A stretch of 63,857 nucleotides of DNA, counting the filler, from Sphingomonadaceae bacterium (GTDB lineage: Bacteria > Chloroflexota > UBA6077), in NCBI GenBank assembly GCA_050261575.1. It is 8 parts of 8 records of this genome, joined end to end, with 100 filler letters (N's around TTAATTAATTAA, not from the genome) between each part and the next. Parts side by side here need not be neighbours in the genome. Positions count along the whole stretch, not along the records: positions 44,129 to 51,210 come from JBLNDL010000021.1; positions 51,311 to 57,117 come from JBLNDL010000024.1; positions 57,218 to 60,984 come from JBLNDL010000034.1; 5 more parts are not named here. One strand, written 5' to 3'. This document shows positions 49,040-59,220 of the stretch, piece by piece (the first letter of the stretch is position 1; each line of letters starts with the position of its first letter). Made by a program: the position numbers and the translations under genes. The notes beneath the pieces are model-generated. The model saw only the letters and a program-made list of their open reading frames with translations. It was not told the DNA's origin and ran no database searches.

Positions 49040-51210
49040 CTACCGGCGGCGCAGCCGGAGGCTGACGATGCGCCCACCCGACAGGCGACCATCGAACTCC
49101 TCGCCGGAAGGTTCCTCGTCCAAGCGACACGGCTCCACCGCGAACCTGCCGTCGACTGCTACGGTAGCCGCGTCCTCGCCCGGGTTGTATAGGCGCAGGA
49201 TCACCCCGTCGCCATCCTCCGCCCCCTTCAGCCCGGCGAAGCAGAAGCCCTCGCCATCGACCGACAGGGCAGCCTCGCGCCGCAGGCCGGCAGGCCCCAC
49301 CAGCACCCCGAACCGATAGTCGTGGGAACGACGAGTCAACTCGGCATCGCTCGGTTCGTCCGCCAGCGAGAGGGCGTACTGGAACCGGTGGGTGCCCGGG
49401 CACTGCGCCTCGGGGGTCTGGACCCCCGGCCCGGCCCAGCCCGGGCGGGTCGAGAGATCGTTGCGGGAGAGCCAGCCCACGCAGCGCAGCAGAGTGAGCG
49501 CTATCTCGGTTCCGTGGGATGCCGGCCGTGCCTCGTACTCCGGTAGCCCCCGCCCCAGGACGACGGTGCCCGCTACCTCCACGAACCCCAGCGTATGGTG
49601 GGTGGCCGATCGAGGCTCCATCCATCCCGGGCCGTGGGGCTGCACCCCCACCGGCCGGCGCAGCACCGCGTAGTGGCCTTCCACCCTCGCCTGTTCCGCC
49701 GGGGCAGCCGGGAACACCACCCTGAGTCGATGGTCCCTCGCCCGGTTCACGACGGTGGTGGAGAACTCCACGCGGTCCACCCCGGCGACCAGCCGAACCT
49801 CCACCCCGATCGGACAGGCAACTCGGGCGCTGAGCCGTCCTCGTCGATCCGCCCGCAACCCAGAGGGCAGCCGCGCCCCTATCTCCATCGTCAGGGAGGC
49901 CACCGCCGGGCCGCCCAGCCCTCCGCGAACCTTCACCGGATCGCGGCGGCTGTCCCAGGTGGAGCCCCCCTCCACCGGGCAGAAGTTGTACTCGTCCCCC
50001 CGGTCCGCCTCATCCTCGAACCAGTGGGCGCCGGCAAGCCTCCTGCCCGTCGGCTTGTGCAGCACGTCCAGCGTACCGTCGTCGAGCACCTCCACCCGGT
50101 AGTACTCGTTCTCGAGGGCTCGCTCCCCAACGAGCCGTGCCCCCGTGGCCCCCCGACCTGTGCCCTTTTCCAGCCGCAGTCGCGACGCCCCGAACGCCGC
50201 GACCTCGACCGACACCAACGCCACGGCGCCGCCCGCCCCGGAGACCACCTGCGCCGGCAGTTCGCCCCCGGACCCCTCGGCCCGCACCCGCCTCGCCCGA
50301 GCGAGTTCGCCCGGCAGCGGCAGCTCCACCAGCCCCCGCCTCCGCCACGGCAGCAGGTTGACGGCGCTCGCCTCGGCACCCGGCAGCTCCTCCAACGACC
50401 AATCCGCACTGCCTCCGGCCCTCCGCCAGAGCGCCTCCCGCTTGAGCCGCTCGGCGAGCTGCTCGGCCGCGTCGAAGCGCCACCCCATCTCCCGGTGTAC
50501 CTGATCCACCGAGCAGCCGCAGATAGAGTCGTGCGGATGGTTGCGGAGCAGGTGGCGCCACGCCAGACGCAGATCCTCCAGGGGGTATGATCCGCCCTCC
50601 AGGTAGCACAACGAGCAGGCGACCTCCGCCTCCAGCAAGGACCTCTCCACCGCCTCGTTACGCTGCTTCAACGGCATCCGCGCCGAGTTGACCCCGCGCA
50701 GGATGTGCGCGTCCTTGCCCTCACACATCTCGCCTCTATACTCGGCCAAGTGCGGCTCGCTCGATCGAAGCGCCTCCACGTAGTCGTCGAGGCCAGCGAT
50801 CTCGAACCGCGCCTCCGGCCAGGCCGCCCGGCACTCCCTCAACAGCGAGGGCAGATCCCGCTGCACTCCCGCGTGGTCCGTCCCGTTGCCGGCGAGCAGG
50901 TCCACCACGCCCGTCCGGTCCAGGTAGGGCCAGGCGCTCTCCGCCAGCTCCCGCAGCCGCCGGAGAGCCACCTCCACCCCAGGCTCGGCCCCCTCGGCGA
51001 CCGGCCCCCTAGTCCATTGGCCCAACTGCCGCAGGGCGTGGTACCCATCGATCTGGCGGATGGCCAGGACCGTGGAGCCGTCGGGGCCGCGCCAGCGGAA
51101 GGCGACGCCGAGGCGGTCGGAGTCGTCGCCTAGACCCCTCCAGAACACGAAGCTGTCCATGCCGAAGCCCCGCACGATCTGGGGCATCTGCGCCACGTGG
51201 CCGAAGGTGT
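49040..51210 (-). CDS. GH38 alpha-mannosidase/mannosylglycerate hydrolase-like, 5' truncated
   Basis: TFGHVAQMPQI, NHPHDSICGCSVD, DRGDEYNF, TLLRCVGWLSRND. Confidence 0.88.
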
Positions 51211-51310
51211 NNNNNNNNNNNNNNNNNNNNNNNNNNNNNNNNNNNNNNNNNNNNTTAATTAATTAANNNNNNNNNNNNNNNNNNNNNNNNNNNNNNNNNN
51301 NNNNNNNNNN

Positions 51311-51430
51311 TGGCGCAAGAGCCACGAGAACCCAGACGTCCAGCAGATCTACAGGGAGTTCCTCGGCAGACCCCTTAGCGATAAGTCCCACCACCTCCTA
51401 CATACACACTACACCCCAAGACATAGGTAG
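51311..51430 (+). CDS. [FeFe]-hydrogenase catalytic subunit, C-terminal fragment
   Basis: Manual translation WRKSHENPDVQQIYREFLGRPLSDKSHHLLHTHY. Confidence 0.85.
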   Translation, partial: WRKSHENPDVQQIYREFLGRPLSDKSHHLLHTHYTPRHR

Positions 51431-51598
51431 GCGACCGTTGGGGAGGGGGTGCCGCCAGTCTCCGGCACCCCCTGCCCCAGCGCATGCCCGGCACGAGCCT
51501 GGCATTGGACTTCGGATGTCCGCGCCGAGCCCGCCCGATCAGAGGCGCGGGCGCACCCAGCCACGTCCACGACATCCACCACGCGAGCCGCCCGGGCG

Positions 51599-51761
51599 TT
51601 GACAGTCCCGCCGCGCAGTGTATAATGTCTGTGAAATCCTTCACCAATGGTGGTGAGGGCACATAGGCTGGGGCTGACGGGAGGCTCTGGCGCCGGGTCC
51701 GGGGAGCGGCCGGTGGCGCCCGAGTCGTTTTTTCACGGCATGTTTGTGTCTTTTTTCACAA
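51599..51761 (+). promoter_or_regulatory. Consensus sigma70 promoter with two Rex operators
   Basis: TTGACA(51599)-N16-TATAAT(51621); CTGTGAA-ATCC-TTCACCA (51629-51646) and TTGTGTC-TTTT-TTCACAA (51744-51761). Confidence 0.85.
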
Positions 51762-51814
51762 ATGCCGCCGCCAGCTACTCCGACTGGGGCGCAGTGCTGC
51801 GCCAAAGGGAAGCG

Positions 51815-52516
51815 ATGAAGGTTCAACGTATCTCTCCAGCTACCGTTGCTCGCCTTCCTATCTACCTCCAGGGCCTGGAGGCGTTGGCCAACGCGGGAGA
51901 AGAACTCGCGTCATCCGAGAGGCTCGCCGAAGCAACGGGCATCGGCGCACCGCGCATTCGGAGAGACCTTTCCTATCTGGGCGCCTTTGGCACCCCCGGG
52001 GTCGGATACGACGTGCGACAGTTGCGCCAGGTCATCGCCGACTGCATCGGCCTGTCTCGAGTCTGGCCCGTCGCCCTCGTCGGCTACGGGACGCTGGGCT
52101 CCGCTTTGACGGCCTACACGGGCTTCGCCGAGCGCAACTTCCAGATCGTCGCCATCTTCGACAAGAACCCTGCGCGAATCGGCCGTCGTGTCGGAGAGTT
52201 GGTCGTGAAGCCTCCGGAGGAGGTCCACGCCACCGTCAAGCAACTAGGCATCGACATCGCCGTCTTGGCCACGCCGGCCAACTCCGCCCAGGAGTGGGCC
52301 AACCTCCTGGTGAGCGCCGGGGTGACATCCCTACTCAATCTGGCGAGGGCCACTATCACGGTACCTCACGGGGTAGCCGTGCGCCACATAGATCTAGCTA
52401 CGGAGATCCAGATGCTTTCCTTCCACGAGACCATGAAGCGCATCACTGTCGGTTCACTCAAGCGATCCAAGTCGAACGGCAACTCCGCATCCCAAGGCAC
52501 GGGTGAATCACTCTGA
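51815..52516 (+). CDS. rex: Redox-sensing repressor Rex
   Basis: ATVARLPIY, IRRDLSYLG.FG..GVGY, VGYGTLG. Confidence 0.93.
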   Translation: MKVQRISPATVARLPIYLQGLEALANAGEELASSERLAEATGIGAPRIRRDLSYLGAFGTPGVGYDVRQLRQVIADCIGLSRVWPVALVGYGTLGSALTAYTGFAERNFQIVAIFDKNPARIGRRVGELVVKPPEEVHATVKQLGIDIAVLATPANSAQEWANLLVSAGVTSLLNLARATITVPHGVAVRHIDLATEIQMLSFHETMKRITVGSLKRSKSNGNSASQGTGESL

Positions 52517-52860
52517 TGCGATTGGAGCAGATACGTGACTTGCTGGACGCCAGACTGCTAGCCGGCCAATGCGACCTCGAAGCCGAGGTCACTCACGCCT
52601 TCGCCGCGGATCTGATGAGCGACGTGCTGGCCCTCGCGGGCCCCGGCACCCTGCTCCTGACCGGATTGACGAACCCTCAGGTCGTCAGAACCTCCGAGGT
52701 GGCCGGCGTGACCGCCATCGTGTTCGTGCGCGGCAAGCATGCCCTTCCGGAGACCGAAGAACTCGCCCGCGAGGCCGGCATACCCCTGTTTCGAACCGAC
52801 CTGAAGATGTTTGACGCCTGCGGTCGGCTCTACCAGGCGGGGCTGCGCGGCACCGTCTAG
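52516..52860 (+). CDS. DRTGG-domain protein
   Basis: AADLMSDVL, LLTGLTNPQVVRT, FVRGK. Confidence 0.85.
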   Translation: MRLEQIRDLLDARLLAGQCDLEAEVTHAFAADLMSDVLALAGPGTLLLTGLTNPQVVRTSEVAGVTAIVFVRGKHALPETEELAREAGIPLFRTDLKMFDACGRLYQAGLRGTV

Positions 52861-52885
52861 CTGGACGACGGGTGTGGAGTGACGG

Positions 52886-53866
52886 ATGGACGAGAGGGTG
52901 ATGCCCGACGAGGACAGCGGCTCTGGGTCAAATCGATCGGAGGCAACCCGGATCCAGGAGCTGGCCTACCAGGTGCCGGTACGGGAGATCATGACGAGCC
53001 CGGCCGTAACGGTTGCGCCCACCACTCTCATGCGCGAAGCCCGGGAGTTGATGAAGAGCCACCGGATCTCTGGTCTGCCCGTGCTCAAGGATGCCGCCCT
53101 CGTCGGAATCGTGACCGTCGAGGACCTGTTCAGATGGCTGGAGGGCGGCGGCGCCGACAACGTGGTGGCCGACTGGATGATACGGAAGGTACGCACAGTC
53201 CGCTCCACTGACACGGTAGCTTCGGCCATCAACAAGTTCGCCGCGTACAAGGTCGGACGGCTCCCGGTGGTGGATCCCAAGGGGGTGTTGGTTGGCATCG
53301 TCACCCCGGGCGACGTGATGGAGCGGGCGGTGCGGGCGCTAGAAGGGGGTGGCCCGCGGGAAAGGCCCCACTACCCCGTGGTCCACTGTGCGTTGAAGGG
53401 GCTGCTCACGGGGGGCACCGGAGTGATCCTTCGCTACGACGTGAGGGCCGGTGACTTCCACAAGGCGGGGACGGCTGCCACGACCATCAAGCGGATTTTG
53501 GAGTGCTTCGGCCTCGCTCCGCCACTCGTGCGCCGTGCGGGAACCGCTGCCTACGAAGCCGAGATGAATCTGGCCATCCACGCCACCAATGGCGGAAAGC
53601 TCATGGCCCACATCAGCCCCCACAGGCTGGTGATCCAGGCCACCGACGATGGACCCGGCATTCCGGACATCGAGAAGGCCCTGACGCCGGGTTTCTCTAC
53701 GGCCACGGAGTGGATACGGGAGTTGGGTTTCGGCGCAGGCATGGGACTTTCCAACATACAGAACTGCGCAGATGACTTTTCCATCAAGTCCGAGGTGGGA
53801 AAGGGGACTGTCGTCAGGATCGCTATCGACGTCGAGCAGCGAAACGGCGAGAAGATCACCGCCTAG
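52886..53866 (+). CDS. CBS-pair plus anti-sigma-type HATPase fusion
   Basis: Two CBS repeats; YEAEMNLAIHA, DDGPGIPD, GFGAGMGL. Confidence 0.85.
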   Translation: MDERVMPDEDSGSGSNRSEATRIQELAYQVPVREIMTSPAVTVAPTTLMREARELMKSHRISGLPVLKDAALVGIVTVEDLFRWLEGGGADNVVADWMIRKVRTVRSTDTVASAINKFAAYKVGRLPVVDPKGVLVGIVTPGDVMERAVRALEGGGPRERPHYPVVHCALKGLLTGGTGVILRYDVRAGDFHKAGTAATTIKRILECFGLAPPLVRRAGTAAYEAEMNLAIHATNGGKLMAHISPHRLVIQATDDGPGIPDIEKALTPGFSTATEWIRELGFGAGMGLSNIQNCADDFSIKSEVGKGTVVRIAIDVEQRNGEKITA

Positions 53867-53917
53867 CGAGAACGCGGGGGCGCGGCGCCACTGTCGCCCC
53901 CTACCGGGGAGAGAAGC

Positions 53918-54268
53918 ATGCTTACTGTCAGGGACGTACTCCAGCGGCTGGAAATGACGGTGGTGGCAGGGGAAGGCCATCTCGGCCGGCAGGTGTCCGG
54001 TGGGTACGTCGGCGATCTGCTCAGTTGCGTGATGGCCAACGCCTCGTCGGGCGACGTTTGGGTCACCGTCCAGGGTCACCCCAACGTAGCGGCCGTGGCC
54101 ACCCTGGCGGGCATCTCCGCCATCATCGTTGCCGAAGGGGCGAGGATAGACCCAGCCACCGTCGAGAAGGCGGAGCAGGAAAGGATTCCTGTCCTCTCCT
54201 GCCCGCGCTCGGCCTTCGATATCGTCGCCGCCCTGGCCGGGTTGGGAGTGAGGGGCAGCAAGTGCTGA
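53918..54268 (+). CDS. DRTGG/HPr-kinase-N-like protein
   Basis: GGYVGDLLSCVM, VWVTVQGHPN. Confidence 0.8.
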   Translation: MLTVRDVLQRLEMTVVAGEGHLGRQVSGGYVGDLLSCVMANASSGDVWVTVQGHPNVAAVATLAGISAIIVAEGARIDPATVEKAEQERIPVLSCPRSAFDIVAALAGLGVRGSKC

Positions 54269-55050
54269 AGAACTACGTGGCCGACCTCCACGTCCACACC
54301 TTGCTGTCCCCCTGCGCCGATTACCGCATGGTGCCCTACCTGATAATCGAGCGGGCGACCGAGGTCGGCGTCGATCTCCTGGGTATCACCGACCACAACT
54401 CTGGCGAGAACGCGGCAGCCGTCGTGGAGGCAGCCAGCCGGAGCGGAGTGGCGGTGTTGCCGGGGATGGAGGTTGAGAGCAGAGAGGGCGTCCACGTCCT
54501 AACGCTGTTCGACGGGGTTCAGGCGCTGCAGCGGTGGCAGGACACGGTCTACGCTGCCCTTCCACCTCGCGAAAACGCGGAGCGAGTGTTCGGCGCACAG
54601 CTTGTGGTCGACGCCGAGGGCCAGCTCAAGGGGGTCAACAGGCGGCTGCTCATCACAGCGGTGGACCTGTCTCTCGACGACATCGTTGGCCTGACGTGCC
54701 CGCTGGGTGGGATATGCGTGCCCGCTCACGTGGACCGCCCGGCCAACGGACTCCTGTCGGTCCTCGGCTTCCTGCCCGCCGGCCTGGACGCACCGGCTCT
54801 TGAGGTATCGCCCCTGGTGACCCCCGAGGGGATGAGGAAGCGCTTTCCGGAACTGGCGGATCGAACGCTGATCACTTCCTCCGATGCCCATTCCCTGAAG
54901 GAGATCGGTAGGGCCACCACCTCCTTCCTCATCGCCGCCCCGACGGTCGCTGAGCTCGCCCTCGCATGTCGGGGCGAGCAGGGAAGGGGAATCACCGGCT
55001 GGACGTCCCCGCGGGCCGTCCAAGCCTACCACGAATCGGAAACTCGTTAG
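54262..55050 (+). CDS. PHP-domain metallophosphoesterase
   Basis: DLHVHTLLSPC, ITDHN, PAHVDR, SSDAH. Confidence 0.88.
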   Translation: MLKNYVADLHVHTLLSPCADYRMVPYLIIERATEVGVDLLGITDHNSGENAAAVVEAASRSGVAVLPGMEVESREGVHVLTLFDGVQALQRWQDTVYAALPPRENAERVFGAQLVVDAEGQLKGVNRRLLITAVDLSLDDIVGLTCPLGGICVPAHVDRPANGLLSVLGFLPAGLDAPALEVSPLVTPEGMRKRFPELADRTLITSSDAHSLKEIGRATTSFLIAAPTVAELALACRGEQGRGITGWTSPRAVQAYHESETR

Positions 55051-55086
55051 AAGCAGCCAATTGCGATGTAGGACGGAGGTCAATTG

Positions 55087-55566
55087 ATGCAGACTACGCA
55101 GTCCCAAGGAGTGGATCTGTCCCTGGTCGACGCGATACTCAGGGAGAGATCTGCGGAAAGGGGAACCATCATCCCGATCCTCCAGGCGGTGCAGGAAGCC
55201 TATGGTTATCTGCCCCGGGAGGCGCTGGCGCTCATTTCGGAGCGTCTTGCGGTGCCCTTTAGCCAACTGTATGGCGTAGCCACCTTCTACTCCCAGTTTT
55301 ACCTGACTCGCCGCGGGAAGCACGTCATCAAGGTGTGCGACGGAACCGCGTGCCATGTCCGGGGGGCACCCCGCATCCTGGAAGGCCTCCAGAAGGACCT
55401 GGGAGTGCAGCCGGGAGAGACGACGGACGACTACCAGTTCACCTACGAGATCGTCTACTGCCTCGGCTCCTGCGCTCTGGCCCCGGTAGCAGTGGTGAAC
55501 GACGAGGTGAAAGGTCGGTGCACCGCGGAGCGGATGCACAAGATCGTGGAGGACCTGCGGGCGTAG
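55087..55566 (+). CDS. NuoE/HndA-like [2Fe-2S] hydrogenase subunit
   Basis: GVATFYSQF, CDGTAC, CLGSC. Confidence 0.9.
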   Translation: MQTTQSQGVDLSLVDAILRERSAERGTIIPILQAVQEAYGYLPREALALISERLAVPFSQLYGVATFYSQFYLTRRGKHVIKVCDGTACHVRGAPRILEGLQKDLGVQPGETTDDYQFTYEIVYCLGSCALAPVAVVNDEVKGRCTAERMHKIVEDLRA

Positions 55567-55571
55567 GCGCC

Positions 55572-56129
55572 GTGAGAGAGCTATCGCAGCACATCACCGA
55601 TCTGGTGGAGAACTCGACACGGGCGGGTGCCCGCAGGGTGGTGATCGAGGTGGAGGAGGATACCCAGGCCGATCTCCTCACCATCCGCGTGGCCGACGAC
55701 GGCCGCGGGATGCCAACGGAGACGGTGGATAGGGTCACCGATCCCTTCTACACCACCCGTGCTTGCAGGCGCGTCGGGCTGGGGCTACCCCTCCTGGAGG
55801 CGTCTGCTCAGAGGTGTGGCGGCTCACTGCGAATCGAGAGTTCGCCCGGCCGCGGGACCGAGGTGACGGCGCGGTTCCGGCGAAGCCACGTGGACCGCCC
55901 CCCGATGGGCGACCTGCAGGCCACCCTGATCGCGGCCTTGGTCGGCCATCCCGACGTGGATGTCGTCTACCGGCACAGGATGGATGGCCGCAGCTTCGAG
56001 CTCGACGGTGCCGCAATCAAGCGGGAACTGGAGGGGATACCCCTGGCCCACCCATCGGTGCTGCGGTGGCTGGAGAAGTACCTATCCAATGGACTATCAG
56101 AAGTGGGTGGCGGCACGCCGCCCCTATAG
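55572..56129 (+). CDS. Histidine-kinase-like ATPase
   Basis: DLVENS, DDGRGM, DPFYTT, GLGL, GRGT. Confidence 0.85.
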   Translation: MRELSQHITDLVENSTRAGARRVVIEVEEDTQADLLTIRVADDGRGMPTETVDRVTDPFYTTRACRRVGLGLPLLEASAQRCGGSLRIESSPGRGTEVTARFRRSHVDRPPMGDLQATLIAALVGHPDVDVVYRHRMDGRSFELDGAAIKRELEGIPLAHPSVLRWLEKYLSNGLSEVGGGTPPL

Positions 56130-56141
56130 GAGGGGAGCGCT

Positions 56142-56516
56142 ATGGCAAAGATCGACGGCCTCGAGGAACTGAAGAGGCTCAAACAGCAGGCGCAGAAGGA
56201 GATCAGGGTCCGAGGTGACACCGGCACCAAGATCACCGTAGGCATGGGAACGTGTGGCATCGCCGCCGGCGCCCGAGAGGTCATGCACGCCATCCTGCGG
56301 GAGCTGGAGGCGCGAGACATCGAGGCCAACGTGGCGACCGTCGGCTGCGTAGGCGTCTGCTCCCAGGAGCCCCTGGTGGATATCGAGCAGGCCGGTACTC
56401 CCAAAGTGACCTATGGCAAGGTCACCCCGGGCATGGTGCCGACCTTGATCGAAGAGCACCTGGTCAAGGGGAAGGTTGTGGCCCAATGGGTGGTGGCAAA
56501 GGAGATGGCACGATGA
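56142..56516 (+). CDS. HndB-like thioredoxin-fold [2Fe-2S] subunit
   Basis: [22 protein letters not shown]. Confidence 0.88.
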   Translation: MAKIDGLEELKRLKQQAQKEIRVRGDTGTKITVGMGTCGIAAGAREVMHAILRELEARDIEANVATVGCVGVCSQEPLVDIEQAGTPKVTYGKVTPGMVPTLIEEHLVKGKVVAQWVVAKEMAR

Positions 56517-57117
56517 CGAACGACTGCAACCGCGCCCAGGTCATGGTCTGTGGCGGCACGGGATGCACCACCTCCGATTCGTTGGAGGTGATGCGGACGC
56601 TGCAGGCCGAGGTTCAGCGCCAGGGACTGAATGGCGAAGTCAAGATCATCCAGTCGGGCTGTCGGGGCTTCTGCGCTGAGGGTCCGGTCATGATAGTCTA
56701 TCCGGAAGGCCTCTTCTACTGTCAGGTCAAACCCCACGATGTGCCTGAGATCGTCAGCGAGACGCTCATTAAGGGGCGCCCCGTACGGCGGCTCCTGTTC
56801 CAGGAGCCGGAGTCGGCCAAGAAACTCCCAACCTACAAGGACATCCCGTTCTATTCCAAGCAGACGCGGATAGCCCTGCGCAACTGCGGCATCATCAATC
56901 CCGAGAACATCGAGGAGTACATCGCCAAAGACGGCTACGAGGCTCTGGGCCGGGCCATCTTCGAGATGACGCCGGAACAGATCATCGACACGGTCAAGAG
57001 GGCTGGTCTGCGCGGTCGTGGCGGCGCAGGCTTCCCCACCGCTCTCAAGTGGGACTTCTGCCGCAAGGCCCCAGGCGATGTCAAGTACGTCATCTGCAAC
57101 GCCGACGAGGGTGACCC
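56513..57117 (+). CDS. NuoF/HndC/HydB-like diaphorase subunit, 3' truncated
   Basis: [30 protein letters not shown]. Confidence 0.9.
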
Positions 57118-57217
57118 NNNNNNNNNNNNNNNNNNNNNNNNNNNNNNNNNNNNNNNNNNNNTTAATTAATTAANNNNNNNNNNNNNNNNNNNNNNNNNNN
57201 NNNNNNNNNNNNNNNNN

Positions 57218-59220
57218 TCGCTCACCATCAGGTCGAAGTCCAGGTCGAGGCTCTGCTCGACGATCTGCGTCGATACCAGCACGGCACGGCGCGGACGGCG
57301 CACCTCCTCGGTCGCCCCGTCGGCCATGTGCACCTTCCCCCCAGGCTTGCCGAACCGGACCAGCGCCCGCTGCTCTCGACGTTCCCTCTCCTCGAAGGGG
57401 TAGCGCGCGTGGAGCAGGTCCAGCTCCCTCGGCAGACCGTCGGGTCCCACCTCGGGGAAGTAGCGCTTCAGCGCCGTGTAGACTGTCTGAGCCCGACGCA
57501 CGGTGTTGCACACTACGGCGGCGCAGCCACCCTCTGCCAGCGCCTCTTTCAGTCGTTCCCCAAGCGGAAACGGTTCGTCGCCCTCCGGGATGCGGCCATC
57601 CACCCACTCGATTCGGAGCCGCTTGGTGGACCGTCGGGAGGTCTCGAACGGCCGAGTCCCCGATCCACTCGCGGAGGTCCACGTGAGTCGGGGATAGCTG
57701 GAGCGGGTGTTCTGCGCCTCCCCCTGATCCATGCCGAGCCCTCGTTGGTAGGCCGCCACCAGCTTCGTGCGCCGCGAACGGGGCAGCGTCGCAGACAGAA
57801 GGACGACCGAGCAGCCGAGCGCACCCAACCACTCCAGTAGCCTGTCCAGCAGCTCCGTCATGTAGGCGTCGTACGAGTGCACCTCGTCTACCACTACGGT
57901 CTTGCCGGCGAGACCAAACAACCGAACGAAGACGTGTCTGGTCTGGAGGACCGCGAGCAGCGCCTGGTCCACGGTGCCGACGCCGAACGGAGCCAGCAGA
58001 CCCCGCTTGCGGTGGGTGAACCACTCGCCTGCCACCACGCCCGCGTCGGCGCCGTCGTACCCTGGCTCGCCGAAGACACCGCCGGGCCGCAGCAGATGGC
58101 TCCGTGCTTTCAGCGCCGCGAGCTCCGCCGACAGAGCAGCGTGCCCGTGAAGCAACTGAAGCTGCACCAACTCCCGCGGATAGCGTGCAGAGAGGAAGTC
58201 GCGAACGCGAGCGAACATCTGGTCACTGGTGGCCTGGGTGGGCAGGGCGAAGTAGCATCCCTTCCTGCCGGACCGAGCTGCCCAACGGTCGGCAAGGTAC
58301 ATGGCGGCCTCGGTCTTGCCCTCGCCCATAGGAGCCTCGATCACGACGAGAGCCGGCCCCGCGATCTCGTCGGCCAGCCTGATCGCTTCGCGCTGCAGGC
58401 TATTCGGGACATCGATATGCTGGAACAACTGCTGGAAGGAGAGTTTCCCTTCGGCGCTTGGCCAAGCGTTCCAACCGAGCGCGACGAGCGCGTCGCGCGC
58501 TCGGTCGCGCGCCCGGGTGAGATAGGCCACTGGATCCAGGTCCGGAGCACGGTCGGGCTCGGTCGAGAGGTGCAGGAAATGCTCCTCGCTGGAGCCGATC
58601 CAATCCGCTACCGAGATCAATCCGGCGACGATCATGGCCGTCGGCCCATCCACGTGCTGCGGCGCTAGGGCGACAGGGGTGTCCAGCATCTTCACGAGGG
58701 CATCGACGATCGCCTTACGAGTGTTCGACCACGTTATCCCACCGATGGCGTCGTTGTGGTGGCGCTGATCCGCGATCTCACCACTCCTGGGGAACACCCC
58801 GTGGTGTCCTCCCGCCACCATGCCGGCCGTGACCGCTATCTGTTTGGATAGACCCAAGTCTCGAGATAGCTCGCCCAGGGATAAGGCTGTGACCACTCCG
58901 TGAGCAGGTTCGCGAACGGCCGCCTGGACGGCCAGCCCGCAGGCGGCGAGGCGCCTCAGGCAGTTCGGGTCCTTCGACTGAAACGCCGGGCACGCCTTGC
59001 CCAAGTCGTGGAGAGCCGCCCACAGGACGATCCATGCTCGCGCTACGTCCTCGCTTACCCCGAGCCCTCTGGCGACTCGGAGGCGAACGTCCAGCGGAAG
59101 GACATCGTCCCACAGGCACTCCGCCACGGCTGCCACATCCAGCATGTGGCACAGCAGCGGGTGGTATCGGCCGCTGCTCCTATCAGTCTTGCCCCAAAGC
59201 ATCGTGATCTCTGGCGTCAT
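57218..59220 (-). CDS. cas3: CRISPR-associated HD nuclease/helicase Cas3 (type I, I-E-like), 3' truncated
   Basis: HPLLCHMLDV, LHDLGK, GHHG, ADWIGS, APMGEGKT, DEVH, LSATL, STQIVEQSLDLDFD. Confidence 0.95.
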
